From Gammaproteobacteria bacterium (lineage in GTDB: Bacteria > Pseudomonadota > Gammaproteobacteria > Tethybacterales > Persebacteraceae), in NCBI GenBank assembly GCA_965221835.1, contig OZ244916.1, forward strand, positions 329,947 through 393,946: a DNA stretch of 64,000 nucleotides, given 5' to 3'. The translations under genes were made by a program, and so were the position numbers. Shown piece by piece: positions 29,507 through 37,576 of this stretch; the stretch's first letter is position 1, and each line of letters starts with the position of its first letter. The notes below the pieces were generated by a model, which was not told where the DNA came from, made no database searches, and was given only the letters and a program-made list of their open reading frames with translations.

Positions 29507-32196
29507 TATTCTGCAATCACAAAATTAACGATTTTGCCGGGGACGATAATGACTTTGCGTACGGATTTTTGGGCGAGATATTTTTCTGCCGCCCGCCGCG
29601 CAAAATCTTCTATCGCCGCGCGATCTGCATCCGGCGGTACGGCAATTTCGCCGCGCCGTTTGCCATTGATTTGCACCGCCATTGTTGTCAATTGTCGCGC
29701 CGCCAAAACTTCCGCATCTGCGCGCGGCCACGGCGCTTCGGCAATAAACTCGCATTCTGAATCTGAATTAAAACCGAGTTTTTCCCACAACGCCTGCGCG
29801 ATATGCGGCACGGCGGGCGCGAGAAGACGCAAAACGATGGACGCGCTTTCGTCAATTAAATCCGCGCCTTTTTTTGCGGTGTCGCCGCTTGCATTCGCGA
29901 CCAAATCAATCGCCGATTTTCCCAATTCGTTCGCAATGTTCATCGCCGCGGAAGGAATATTATTAAAGCGCAAACGATTCATATCGTAATCGGCTTTCGC
30001 GAGCGTTTGATGTACTTGCAAACGGACATTTGCAATTTTGCGCATCAATTCTTCTTTGTGTTCGTTGTCGGAATTTTTTGCCGCTGTGCGCAACGAATCG
30101 CGACATTGAAGAAGTCCGAGATGTTTGACATCCGATTCGGAATCGCCGTTTGCACTTCGCCACAAACGATTTAAGAATCGCGAACAGCCGCGGATTCCAT
30201 CATCCGACCAGTCCAGCGATTGTTCCGGCGGGGCGGCGAAAAGAATGAAAAGCCGCGCCGCATCCGCGCCGTATTCGGCGACCAGCGATTCCGGGTCCAC
30301 GCCGTTATTTGTGGATTTGGACATTTTAATTCGCCCGGCATATTGCACCGCTTCGCCGCTTGCATCCGCACCGGTTTTGCCGTCCGCTTGCGGCAAAACT
30401 TCGGACGGCGCAAACCATATTCGCCCGCCATCGCTATCGCGATAATAGGCGTCGTTCAACACCATTCCCTGACACAGCAAATTTGCAAACGGTTCGTCGT
30501 AGCGTTTTTCTTGCGGATACATTCCGGCATCGCGCATTAGTTTGTGAAAAAAACGCGCGTATAATAAATGTAGACAAGCGTGTTCTATGCCGCCGACATA
30601 TTGATCCACCGGCATCCAATACGCCGCGCGTTCATCGGTCATTGCATCGCCGCAATCATAACTCGCAAATCGCGCAAAATACCATGACGATTCAAAAAAA
30701 GTATCCAGCGTATCGGTTTCGCGTTTTGCCGCCGCACCGCATTGCGGACATTTGCAATTGACGAACGATTCCATTTTGGCGAGAGGAGAACCGCGTCCGT
30801 CTATTGCGGCATTTTCGGGCAGGCGCACCGGCAAATCTTTTTCCGCCGCCGGCACATCGCCGCATTGCGGACAATGCACAATCGGAATCGGGCAACCCCA
30901 ATATCGCTGACGGGAAACGCCCCAATCGCGCAAACGATATTGCGTTTCGCGCGCGCCCCGTCCGATTTTTTCCAGTTCGGCAATGGCGCGGGGAATCGCT
31001 TCCCGTTGCGGCATTCCGTCCAAAAATCCGGAATTGATCATCGCGCCTTCGCCGGTATATGCCGCATCCGCAATCGCGAATGTTGCCGCCGATTCGCCGG
31101 GCGGCAATACGACCGGCATCACCGGCAAGTTTTCGCGGCGCGCAAAATCTAAATCGCGTTGGTCGTGGGCGGGACAGCCGTAAATCGCACCGGTGCCGTA
31201 TTGGGCGAGAATGAAGTTTGCGACATACACTGGCAGTTTGCGTTGCGGTGCGAAAGGATGAATTACCCGCAAGCCGGTATCGTAACCGCGTTTTTCGGTT
31301 TTTTCCATCGCCTCTTCGCTGACCGCCAGATGGCGGCATTCGGCAATAAATTCGGCAAGCGCGGAATCGTTTTTCGCACATTCCGCCGCCAGACGATGGG
31401 CGGGCGCAATCGCGCAAAAAGACGCGCCGAATAAAGTGTCGGGGCGCGTCGACCAGCATTCTATCGCGTCATTTCGCCCTTCAATTTCCAAAAAAACGCG
31501 CGCACCTTCGGAACGCCCAATCCAATTTTTTTGCATTGTTTTAACCGATTCCGGCCACCCCGGCAAATCGTCCAAATCCGCGAGCAGTTCGTCGGCATAA
31601 TCGGTAATTTTCATAAAATACATTGGAATTTCGCGGCGTTCCACAACCGCCCCCGAACGCCATCCGCGTCCGTCCACTACTTGTTCGTTGGCGAGAACGG
31701 TGTTGTCGACCGGGTCCCAATTGACGGCGGCTTTCTTTTTATAAACTAACCCTTTGCGAAACAGGCGGACGAATAGTTGTTGTTCCCAGCGGTAATATTC
31801 GGCATCGCATGTTGCGTGTTCGCGTCGCCAATCTATGGCGAGTCCGAGTCGCATCAGTTGCGCGCGCATTTCGGCAATATTTCCGCGCGTCCATTCGGCG
31901 GGCGGGATGTTGTTGTCAATCGCGGCGTTTTCGGCGGGCAATCCGAAAGCGTCCCAGCCCAGCGGTTGCAAAACATTGTATCCCAACATTCGCTTGTGTC
32001 GGGCGATCATGTCGCCGATAGTGTAGTTGCGCATGTGTCCCATGTGCAACCGTCCGGACGGATAGGGAAACATTGAAAGGCAATAAAACTTTTCGCCGGG
32101 GCGGTTTTCATCGGCGGCGAAAAGTCCGGCGTCCGCCCATCGCTTTTGCGTTGCGGATTCTACTTCGGTAAAAGGATAACTGCCCGGCGCAATCAT
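29506..32196 (-). CDS. leuS: Leucyl-tRNA synthetase
   Basis: FPYPSGRLHMGHMRNYTIGDMIARHKRMLGYNVLQPLGWDAFGLPAE (HIGH region), KMSKS, and C-terminal ...VRKVIIVPGKIVNFV. Near-colinear with E. coli LeuS. Confidence 0.95.
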   Translation of the reverse strand: MIAPGSYPFTEVESATQKRWADAGLFAADENRPGEKFYCLSMFPYPSGRLHMGHMRNYTIGDMIARHKRMLGYNVLQPLGWDAFGLPAENAAIDNNIPPAEWTRGNIAEMRAQLMRLGLAIDWRREHATCDAEYYRWEQQLFVRLFRKGLVYKKKAAVNWDPVDNTVLANEQVVDGRGWRSGAVVERREIPMYFMKITDYADELLADLDDLPGWPESVKTMQKNWIGRSEGARVFLEIEGRNDAIECWSTRPDTLFGASFCAIAPAHRLAAECAKNDSALAEFIAECRHLAVSEEAMEKTEKRGYDTGLRVIHPFAPQRKLPVYVANFILAQYGTGAIYGCPAHDQRDLDFARRENLPVMPVVLPPGESAATFAIADAAYTGEGAMINSGFLDGMPQREAIPRAIAELEKIGRGARETQYRLRDWGVSRQRYWGCPIPIVHCPQCGDVPAAEKDLPVRLPENAAIDGRGSPLAKMESFVNCKCPQCGAAAKRETDTLDTFFESSWYFARFASYDCGDAMTDERAAYWMPVDQYVGGIEHACLHLLYARFFHKLMRDAGMYPQEKRYDEPFANLLCQGMVLNDAYYRDSDGGRIWFAPSEVLPQADGKTGADASGEAVQYAGRIKMSKSTNNGVDPESLVAEYGADAARLFILFAAPPEQSLDWSDDGIRGCSRFLNRLWRSANGDSESDVKHLGLLQCRDSLRTAAKNSDNEHKEELMRKIANVRLQVHQTLAKADYDMNRLRFNNIPSAAMNIANELGKSAIDLVANASGDTAKKGADLIDESASIVLRLLAPAVPHIAQALWEKLGFNSDSECEFIAEAPWPRADAEVLAARQLTTMAVQINGKRRGEIAVPPDADRAAIEDFARRAAEKYLAQKSVRKVIIVPGKIVNFVIAE

Positions 32197-32228
32197 TGCG
32201 AAATTATAACACCCGCCGCCGCCGCTTT

Positions 32229-33584
32229 TCAGTTAAGTTTTAGCGGTTTGATTTCCGCACCGCGGGCGTGCAATTGTTGTTCGTAATATGAACCGTTTCC
32301 CAGCCGCCCCGCCGCCGAAATGGACAACGCCACCGCCAAAGATGATGCAACAGTCAGCGGATAGTTGCCGCCCGAAAGTTCCAGTACAAATAAAATTCCC
32401 GCCAGCGGTGCGCCGATAACGGGCGCGGTGAAAGCGATCATGCCGCATACCACCGGCACAAAAAACGGACCGTCATAAACGCCGATTGCAGAGGTCAATG
32501 CCGCATATAAAACGCCCGCCAGCGCACCGATTCCCAATGTCGGCGTGACTGCGCCCCCGGCAAATCCCGCCCCCAGACAAATAATTGTCGCCGCGGTTTT
32601 AATCGCGCCCCAAAACAACGCTTCCCGCCAGCCGCCGGGCAATCCGTCTTCCACAATCAATGCCAGCAAATCGCGTCCGCCGGATGCATTAGGGGCGAAA
32701 AACCACAACATCCCGCATATCAATCCCGCCGCCGGCAGCACAATTAACGGCGAAAATGGCGACAATCGTTTTCCCAAAGCGAAAATCGCGCGCAAATACC
32801 ACGCCGCCAACGCCCCGAACAATGCGCCTTGCACACCAAACACCGCGAAATTCGCCACCGTAATGGCGGGCATATCGCCGATGGACAAAAACGCCGGACG
32901 CGCCAAACCGACTGAAACCATATAACCCGCAACGGCTGCAACCGCCACCGGTGCGAAAGTCCGCCGTGAATAATGCCGCAAAATCACTTCGTGCGCAAAA
33001 AGTAAACCAGTTACCGGCGCATTGAATGCCGCCGCAATTCCAGCGGCAACGCCGCATGCCAATCCAACACCGCGTTCTTGCCAATGCCGGAAAAAGCCGC
33101 CGACAAATCCGCCCAAATGCCCGATGGGACCGTATACGCCCACGGATGCACCGGCGGCGAAAGAAGTAAAAGAGGCGAAAACGGATGCAATCGCCGGTTT
33201 CCATGGTTGCGAATCGCCTCGTTGCGCCGCCAACATCGTATCGGCAAGTCCGCAAAATGGCGTTTTGATGACAACCCGAACGATGCCGCAAACGATTCCC
33301 GCCGCCATCGGCGCAAATATCAAAGAATATAAACTAAAACCATCGCCGGAAACGCCGATTATTTGCGCCGCCGCCGTTGCGCCTTCCAAAAATGTGATGC
33401 CGAAAAACGCCGCTATGCAACCCAATCCGGCGGCGGCGGCAATCCCCAAAAATGTGTTTGCAAATTCTTTATATTTGTTCAAAGGCGGGATTTTTTCTCG
33501 GCGGCGTTTTTTTGTACATAATCGGGCGTGTAGCGGAAAGACATCCGCCGCATCGTTTCGTCGCCAATCATGAAATGATGCCAC
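32229..33584 (-). CDS. ClC family chloride channel / H+-Cl- antiporter homolog (start uncertain)
   Basis: AAGIAAAFNAPVTGLLFAHEV matches the ClC AAG.AAAFNAPL.G.LF..E region. GASVGVYGP occupies the GREGP position and GGAVTP the GxFxP position. The annotated ORF start overlaps the upstream gene by 105 bp, so a later TTG/GTG start is likely. Confidence 0.65.
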   Translation of the reverse strand: MASFHDWRRNDAADVFPLHARLCTKKRRREKIPPLNKYKEFANTFLGIAAAAGLGCIAAFFGITFLEGATAAAQIIGVSGDGFSLYSLIFAPMAAGIVCGIVRVVIKTPFCGLADTMLAAQRGDSQPWKPAIASVFASFTSFAAGASVGVYGPIGHLGGFVGGFFRHWQERGVGLACGVAAGIAAAFNAPVTGLLFAHEVILRHYSRRTFAPVAVAAVAGYMVSVGLARPAFLSIGDMPAITVANFAVFGVQGALFGALAAWYLRAIFALGKRLSPFSPLIVLPAAGLICGMLWFFAPNASGGRDLLALIVEDGLPGGWREALFWGAIKTAATIICLGAGFAGGAVTPTLGIGALAGVLYAALTSAIGVYDGPFFVPVVCGMIAFTAPVIGAPLAGILFVLELSGGNYPLTVASSLAVALSISAAGRLGNGSYYEQQLHARGAEIKPLKLN

Positions 33585-34117
33585 AAGCCGACAACAATAT
33601 GCAAGCCGATAAGCACAATCATCGTATCGCCGACAAATTCGTGCAGGGCGCGCATTTGGTGTGCTGCCGGTGCATCGGCGGCGGAAAAATACGGTATCAG
33701 CGGCGCAATAATTTCGAGAAAACGATCACCCGCATCGGCGAGAGAAGGCAGTTCATAAAAATTGAAAAACACCACATCGCGCCGCGCCATTTGCGACATT
33801 GCAACGCCGATTGCCGCTTGCATCAGCACGATAATATACAGCAGCCAGTGCATCAAAAACGCAAGCATTCCGAAAAGCCACGAACTGGAAGATGCCACAG
33901 AAGTGTTGATTATCCGCCACAAAAGGCGAAACGCCATCAGCAGAAAAACCGCCATGCCGATTTGTTTGTGCGCGCCGATTAGTATGCCGATTTTGTCGCC
34001 GGACGGCAACGAAGCGGAATATTTTCCGCCCGCCAGCAACCCCGCAATGAGCAAAAACAGCAGCCAGTGCAGCAACAACGCCATCCATCCATATTGGTCA
34101 CGTCTATTAAACATCAT
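33479..34117 (-). CDS. Cytochrome b561 family protein
   Basis: Four TM helices with conserved His (…LLHWLLF…, …HKQIGMAVF…, …LMHWLLYIIVL…, …GLHIVVGLWHHF…). SD ggaga upstream of the MMFNRR start. Confidence 0.7.
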   Translation of the reverse strand: MMFNRRDQYGWMALLLHWLLFLLIAGLLAGGKYSASLPSGDKIGILIGAHKQIGMAVFLLMAFRLLWRIINTSVASSSSWLFGMLAFLMHWLLYIIVLMQAAIGVAMSQMARRDVVFFNFYELPSLADAGDRFLEIIAPLIPYFSAADAPAAHQMRALHEFVGDTMIVLIGLHIVVGLWHHFMIGDETMRRMSFRYTPDYVQKNAAEKKSRL

Positions 34118-34262
34118 CGTTTTGGTCTCCAAAATAAAAAATAACGGGAATGTCAAAATTATAACGAAATTATCCCGTTTCGCAAAATTTCCGCCGCCCG
34201 TTCGCTACAATTCAATCGTGTCGCTATCCGTATTTTGGCAAAACCTGCCGCCGCCGGTAAAA

Positions 34263-36239
34263 ATGTCTCTGCAACGGGGCGGAATTTCCTCCGCCGAAGA
34301 TCTGTTGACGCGCTTTCCGATTCGCTACGAAAATTGGCGGGCAACGCAAAGCACAGCGTCTTTGCGCGGCGGCGAAAAGGCGTTGGTGGAAGGAGTCGTG
34401 ACCGATGTTCGCATTCTTCCGCGCCGCAGAGGGCGGCAACTTCTCGCGCATCTGGAAGATGACGAAGGCGGTTATTTAACCGCGCGTTTTTTTCATGTAA
34501 CGCCGGGATTGCAACGGGCGCTTGCTATCGGTGCGCGTTTGCGGCTGATGGGGACGGTCAAATTCGGAAATGGATGGGAAATGGCGCATCCGAAAATTCA
34601 ATTCGCCGATTCCGCCGGCGAAGGCAAAATGCAGGCGATTTACGGTGCGGCGGGCGATTTGTCGCAAGACCGGCGGCGGCGATTGATTATGCAAGCGTTG
34701 GAATTGGTTCCTTCTGCGGACGATATTCCGAAAAGTTTTATGCATTTTACCGGCGGCGAATGGCGTTTTCGCGATGCGCTTTCGCTTGTGCATTTGCCGC
34801 CGCCGGACGACCCGCAACAAATTGAAAAAGTACAAAACGGCGAACATCCGGCATGGCGGCGATTGCGATTTGACGAACTTCTCGCCCATCAAATTGTATT
34901 GCGGGCGATTTACCGGCGGCGCGGGCGAAAAAAAGCCGCGCAAATTCGTCCGCCGCCAGAATGGGATTCGGCATTGCGCGCGGCGTTGCCGTTTACGCCG
35001 ACCGCCGCACAACAACGGGCGATGGACGAAATTGCCGAAGATTTACGCGGTTCGCGCCCGATGCGGCGATTGTTGCAAGGCGATGTCGGCAGCGGCAAAA
35101 CGCTGGTCGCCGCATTCGCCTGTCTCGCCGCAGCAAAAAGCGGACGGCTGGCGGTATTGATGGCGCCGACCGAAATTTTGGCATATCAACATTACGAAAC
35201 ATTATCGGCATTTTTTCGTACTTCGGGCGTGCAGTGCGAGTTATTTGTCGGCGGCATTCGCGGTGCAAAACGGCGCGAAGCGTTGGCGCAACTGCGTCTC
35301 GGATTGTCGCACATCGCAATCGGCACACACGCGCTTTTTTACAAAGAAAAAAATATGCCGCCGGTCGCGCTGGCGGTGATAGACGAACAACATCGTTTCG
35401 GCGTAGAACAACGCGCCGCATTATCGGCGGCGGGCAATACGCATCAATTGATGATGTCGGCGACTCCGATTCCGCGTACTTTGGCAATGAGTGCGTTTGC
35501 CGATGTAGACATTAGCGTTTTGGACGAGTTGCCGCCCGGACGAATGCCGGTAGCGACCCGTCTGGTACCTCGCCGCCGCCGTGACGAAGTATTGGCACGA
35601 ATCGAAGCGCAAGAAGGGGCTGCCTATTGGGTTTGTCCGCGCATTGAAGAATCGGACGACGATTTGCAAGATGTATTTTCGCTTTTAGAAAAAGTGCGAA
35701 AAAATCACCCGAATTTGTCGCCGGAAGTTTTGCACGGGCGATTGTCGGCGGCAGAAAAACGGGACGCGATAGACCGTTTTCGTGCCGGAAAATCGCGTTT
35801 TTTGGCAGCAACGACCGTCATAGAAGTCGGCGTGGATGTGCCGCAAGCGGATGTGATGGTGGTAGAACACGCCGAACGAATGGGGCTTTCGCAATTGCAT
35901 CAGTTGCGTGGCAGAGTGGGGCGAGGCGGTCGCGCCGGGGTATGCATTTTGTTGTACGAGGATGATTTGTCGGACGAAGCAAAAGCGCGATTGAAAATTT
36001 TGCACGAAACATCGGACGGTTTTAAGGTTGCCGAACATGATTTGCGATTGCGCGGTCCGGGCGAATGGCTGGGCACACGGCAAAGCGGTTTACCGCCGTT
36101 TCGCGTTGCGCGTCTCGGCGAAGACGCAGATTTAATCGCCATCGCCGGACGCACCGCCGAATGGCTTCTGAACAACGATTTACGCACCTGCATCCGCCAA
36201 ATCCGCCGCTGGATTCCCCGCCACCGCCCACGCGATTGA
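34263..36239 (+). CDS. recG: ATP-dependent DNA helicase RecG
   Basis: Walker A GDVGSGKTLVA, DExH (VIDEQHRFGV), helicase motif VI QLRGRVGRG. The ORF-track N-terminal extension (from 33762) was rejected. Start at MSLQRGG. Confidence 0.9.
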   Translation: MSLQRGGISSAEDLLTRFPIRYENWRATQSTASLRGGEKALVEGVVTDVRILPRRRGRQLLAHLEDDEGGYLTARFFHVTPGLQRALAIGARLRLMGTVKFGNGWEMAHPKIQFADSAGEGKMQAIYGAAGDLSQDRRRRLIMQALELVPSADDIPKSFMHFTGGEWRFRDALSLVHLPPPDDPQQIEKVQNGEHPAWRRLRFDELLAHQIVLRAIYRRRGRKKAAQIRPPPEWDSALRAALPFTPTAAQQRAMDEIAEDLRGSRPMRRLLQGDVGSGKTLVAAFACLAAAKSGRLAVLMAPTEILAYQHYETLSAFFRTSGVQCELFVGGIRGAKRREALAQLRLGLSHIAIGTHALFYKEKNMPPVALAVIDEQHRFGVEQRAALSAAGNTHQLMMSATPIPRTLAMSAFADVDISVLDELPPGRMPVATRLVPRRRRDEVLARIEAQEGAAYWVCPRIEESDDDLQDVFSLLEKVRKNHPNLSPEVLHGRLSAAEKRDAIDRFRAGKSRFLAATTVIEVGVDVPQADVMVVEHAERMGLSQLHQLRGRVGRGGRAGVCILLYEDDLSDEAKARLKILHETSDGFKVAEHDLRLRGPGEWLGTRQSGLPPFRVARLGEDADLIAIAGRTAEWLLNNDLRTCIRQIRRWIPRHRPRD

Positions 36240-36249
36240 TTGCAAAAGA

Positions 36250-36290
36250 AAACGGCGGCGGGAATCTCTTCCCATCCGCCGTTTTTGTTT
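36250..36290. terminator. Bidirectional rho-independent terminator between recG and the convergent hypothetical gene
   Basis: aaaacggcggcgggaatctcttcccatccgccgtttttgttttc: a GC stem (acggcgg / ccgccgt) followed by a T-run. Confidence 0.5.
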
Positions 36291-36300
36291 TCGGTTTATG

Positions 36301-36981
36301 TCAGACGATAACCGCTTTTTCCGTCATTGACCAGGGACCCCGTCCCGCCGAATTTTCGTACGCGACTTTTAAGAACGCGTTCATTCCAACTTCGGGTTCG
36401 GTAAACATCACCGTAAACCGCCCTCGCCCGATATAATCCATCGGATGAAAATCGCCGTCCGTCGGTTCTGTTCCTTGCGGCAAAACTGCAATTTGTCTTG
36501 CAACTTTCGTATTTCTCGGCAATGCAACACGATTTACGCCTTCGGTCGTCTGCATTGTCGTATCAAAAGTCAAAGCCATCGCCCGCCGGTCAACCAAAAC
36601 CAAAGTCGGTGCATCGGTCGGAACTTCGGCGGGTGTTCGTGTTGTTTTGTCTTCGTGAATAAACAAATGCAAATAATCGTCCGTTGTCAGCGTCACCATT
36701 CCATTTTTTATTGCCTGCCGTAGCGGCAAAACGAAAGTGTACGCCGCATCGTCCATTTCCCGCATTTCCCGTATTGCTTTCGGTCCGTGCGTGTCGGGGT
36801 CAATATAATTGTTATATGCCGTCTGAAAGGCGGAATTGAAATTAATCAAACTCGTCACCTGTTCAGCAGTCACACCGAGTCGGGTTGCATTTTCGCTTGG
36901 AACGCCGCCCGTGTCGGAGAGATATTGCACCATAGATAATAATTCCGCCCAATGTTCGGCGTATCGTTGTGATAAACGCAT
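36301..36981 (-). CDS. Hypothetical cytoplasmic protein (226 aa), divergent neighbour of the giant adhesin gene; contains the only canonical DUS in the window
   Basis: Good SD (aaggag) before MRLSQRY. No signal peptide or known domain. ATGCCGTCTGAA occurs at 36816-36827 inside the CDS. Confidence 0.5.
   Translation of the reverse strand: MRLSQRYAEHWAELLSMVQYLSDTGGVPSENATRLGVTAEQVTSLINFNSAFQTAYNNYIDPDTHGPKAIREMREMDDAAYTFVLPLRQAIKNGMVTLTTDDYLHLFIHEDKTTRTPAEVPTDAPTLVLVDRRAMALTFDTTMQTTEGVNRVALPRNTKVARQIAVLPQGTEPTDGDFHPMDYIGRGRFTVMFTEPEVGMNAFLKVAYENSAGRGPWSMTEKAVIV
36816..36827 (+). other. Neisseria 12-mer DNA uptake sequence (AT-DUS, ATGCCGTCTGAA)
   Basis: Exact match read directly from the sequence. 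No further exact copies or other DUS dialects were spotted by eye elsewhere in the window. Confidence 0.6.
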
Positions 36982-37084
36982 GATTTTTCTCCTTTTGTGT
37001 TGATTAATAAAATAAGCGTTGCAGCGATTAAAACACGATTCTGCACAAATTGCGAAAGTTTTTACATTAGCATGCCATTTTGCT

Positions 37085-37255
37085 ACACAAAAGTTTGCAT
37101 TTACAGTGTAAAGACATGAAATAACAGTGTAAATAATTGCAGTACGGCATAGGAATGTGCATGAACAGTGTTGCAATTTGCAAGAACAGTGTAGTAATTT
37201 GCAGTGTCAGTATTGCAATTTGCATGTGCTGTGTAGCAAAATGCTCGATCAATGT
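37085..37255. promoter_or_regulatory. AT-rich control region upstream of the giant gene with about 6 iteron-like ~22-bp direct repeats (consensus nACAGTGTwrynAATTTGCA)
   Basis: The repeats are tacagtgtaaagacatg, aacagtgtaaataattgcagt, gaacagtgttgcaatttgcaag, aacagtgtagtaatttgcagtg, tcagtattgcaatttgcatgtg and ctgtgtagcaaaatgc. The region 36985-37575 is far more AT-rich than its surroundings. A near-consensus ttgaca-N15-tataat lies at 37545-37569. Confidence 0.4.
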
Positions 37256-37576
37256 AAGAATTTGCCGAATTAATGCGGGAATTCATAGATTTATGCGTTT
37301 CAGACGCCGAATTACTGCGGAAAATAAAAGTGCAGGCGATGAACGGGTTTTGTATGAGAGTTTTGCCGTCCTATCCGCTGACATTTCTGCCCCGCCTGCA
37401 ACGGATTCGTAAAAATGATGCCGTCCGGATATATTATATTCAATCAAGTTCCACTTGCGACACGAGAATCAGCAAGATGACGAGGAAAATAAAGCCGATA
37501 TACATCCCTTTCATTTGGCGGAGATTATAGCATTAAATATCGTTGACAAGTCAAACTATCTGCTATAATTCCGCCC

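Noticed and set aside
33762-36239. 825-aa ORF, an extended RecG
   Set aside because: The first ~165 codons run antisense through the cytochrome b561 gene and its promoter region. RecG homology starts at MSLQRGG (34263).
37545-37569. Perfect ttgaca-N15-tataat immediately before the adhesin ATG as the main promoter
   Set aside because: The spacer is 15 nt (suboptimal) and the -10 ends only 7 nt before the ATG. It could be functional (leaderless) or coincidental in an AT-rich region. Kept only as a low-confidence note within the regulatory-region finding.
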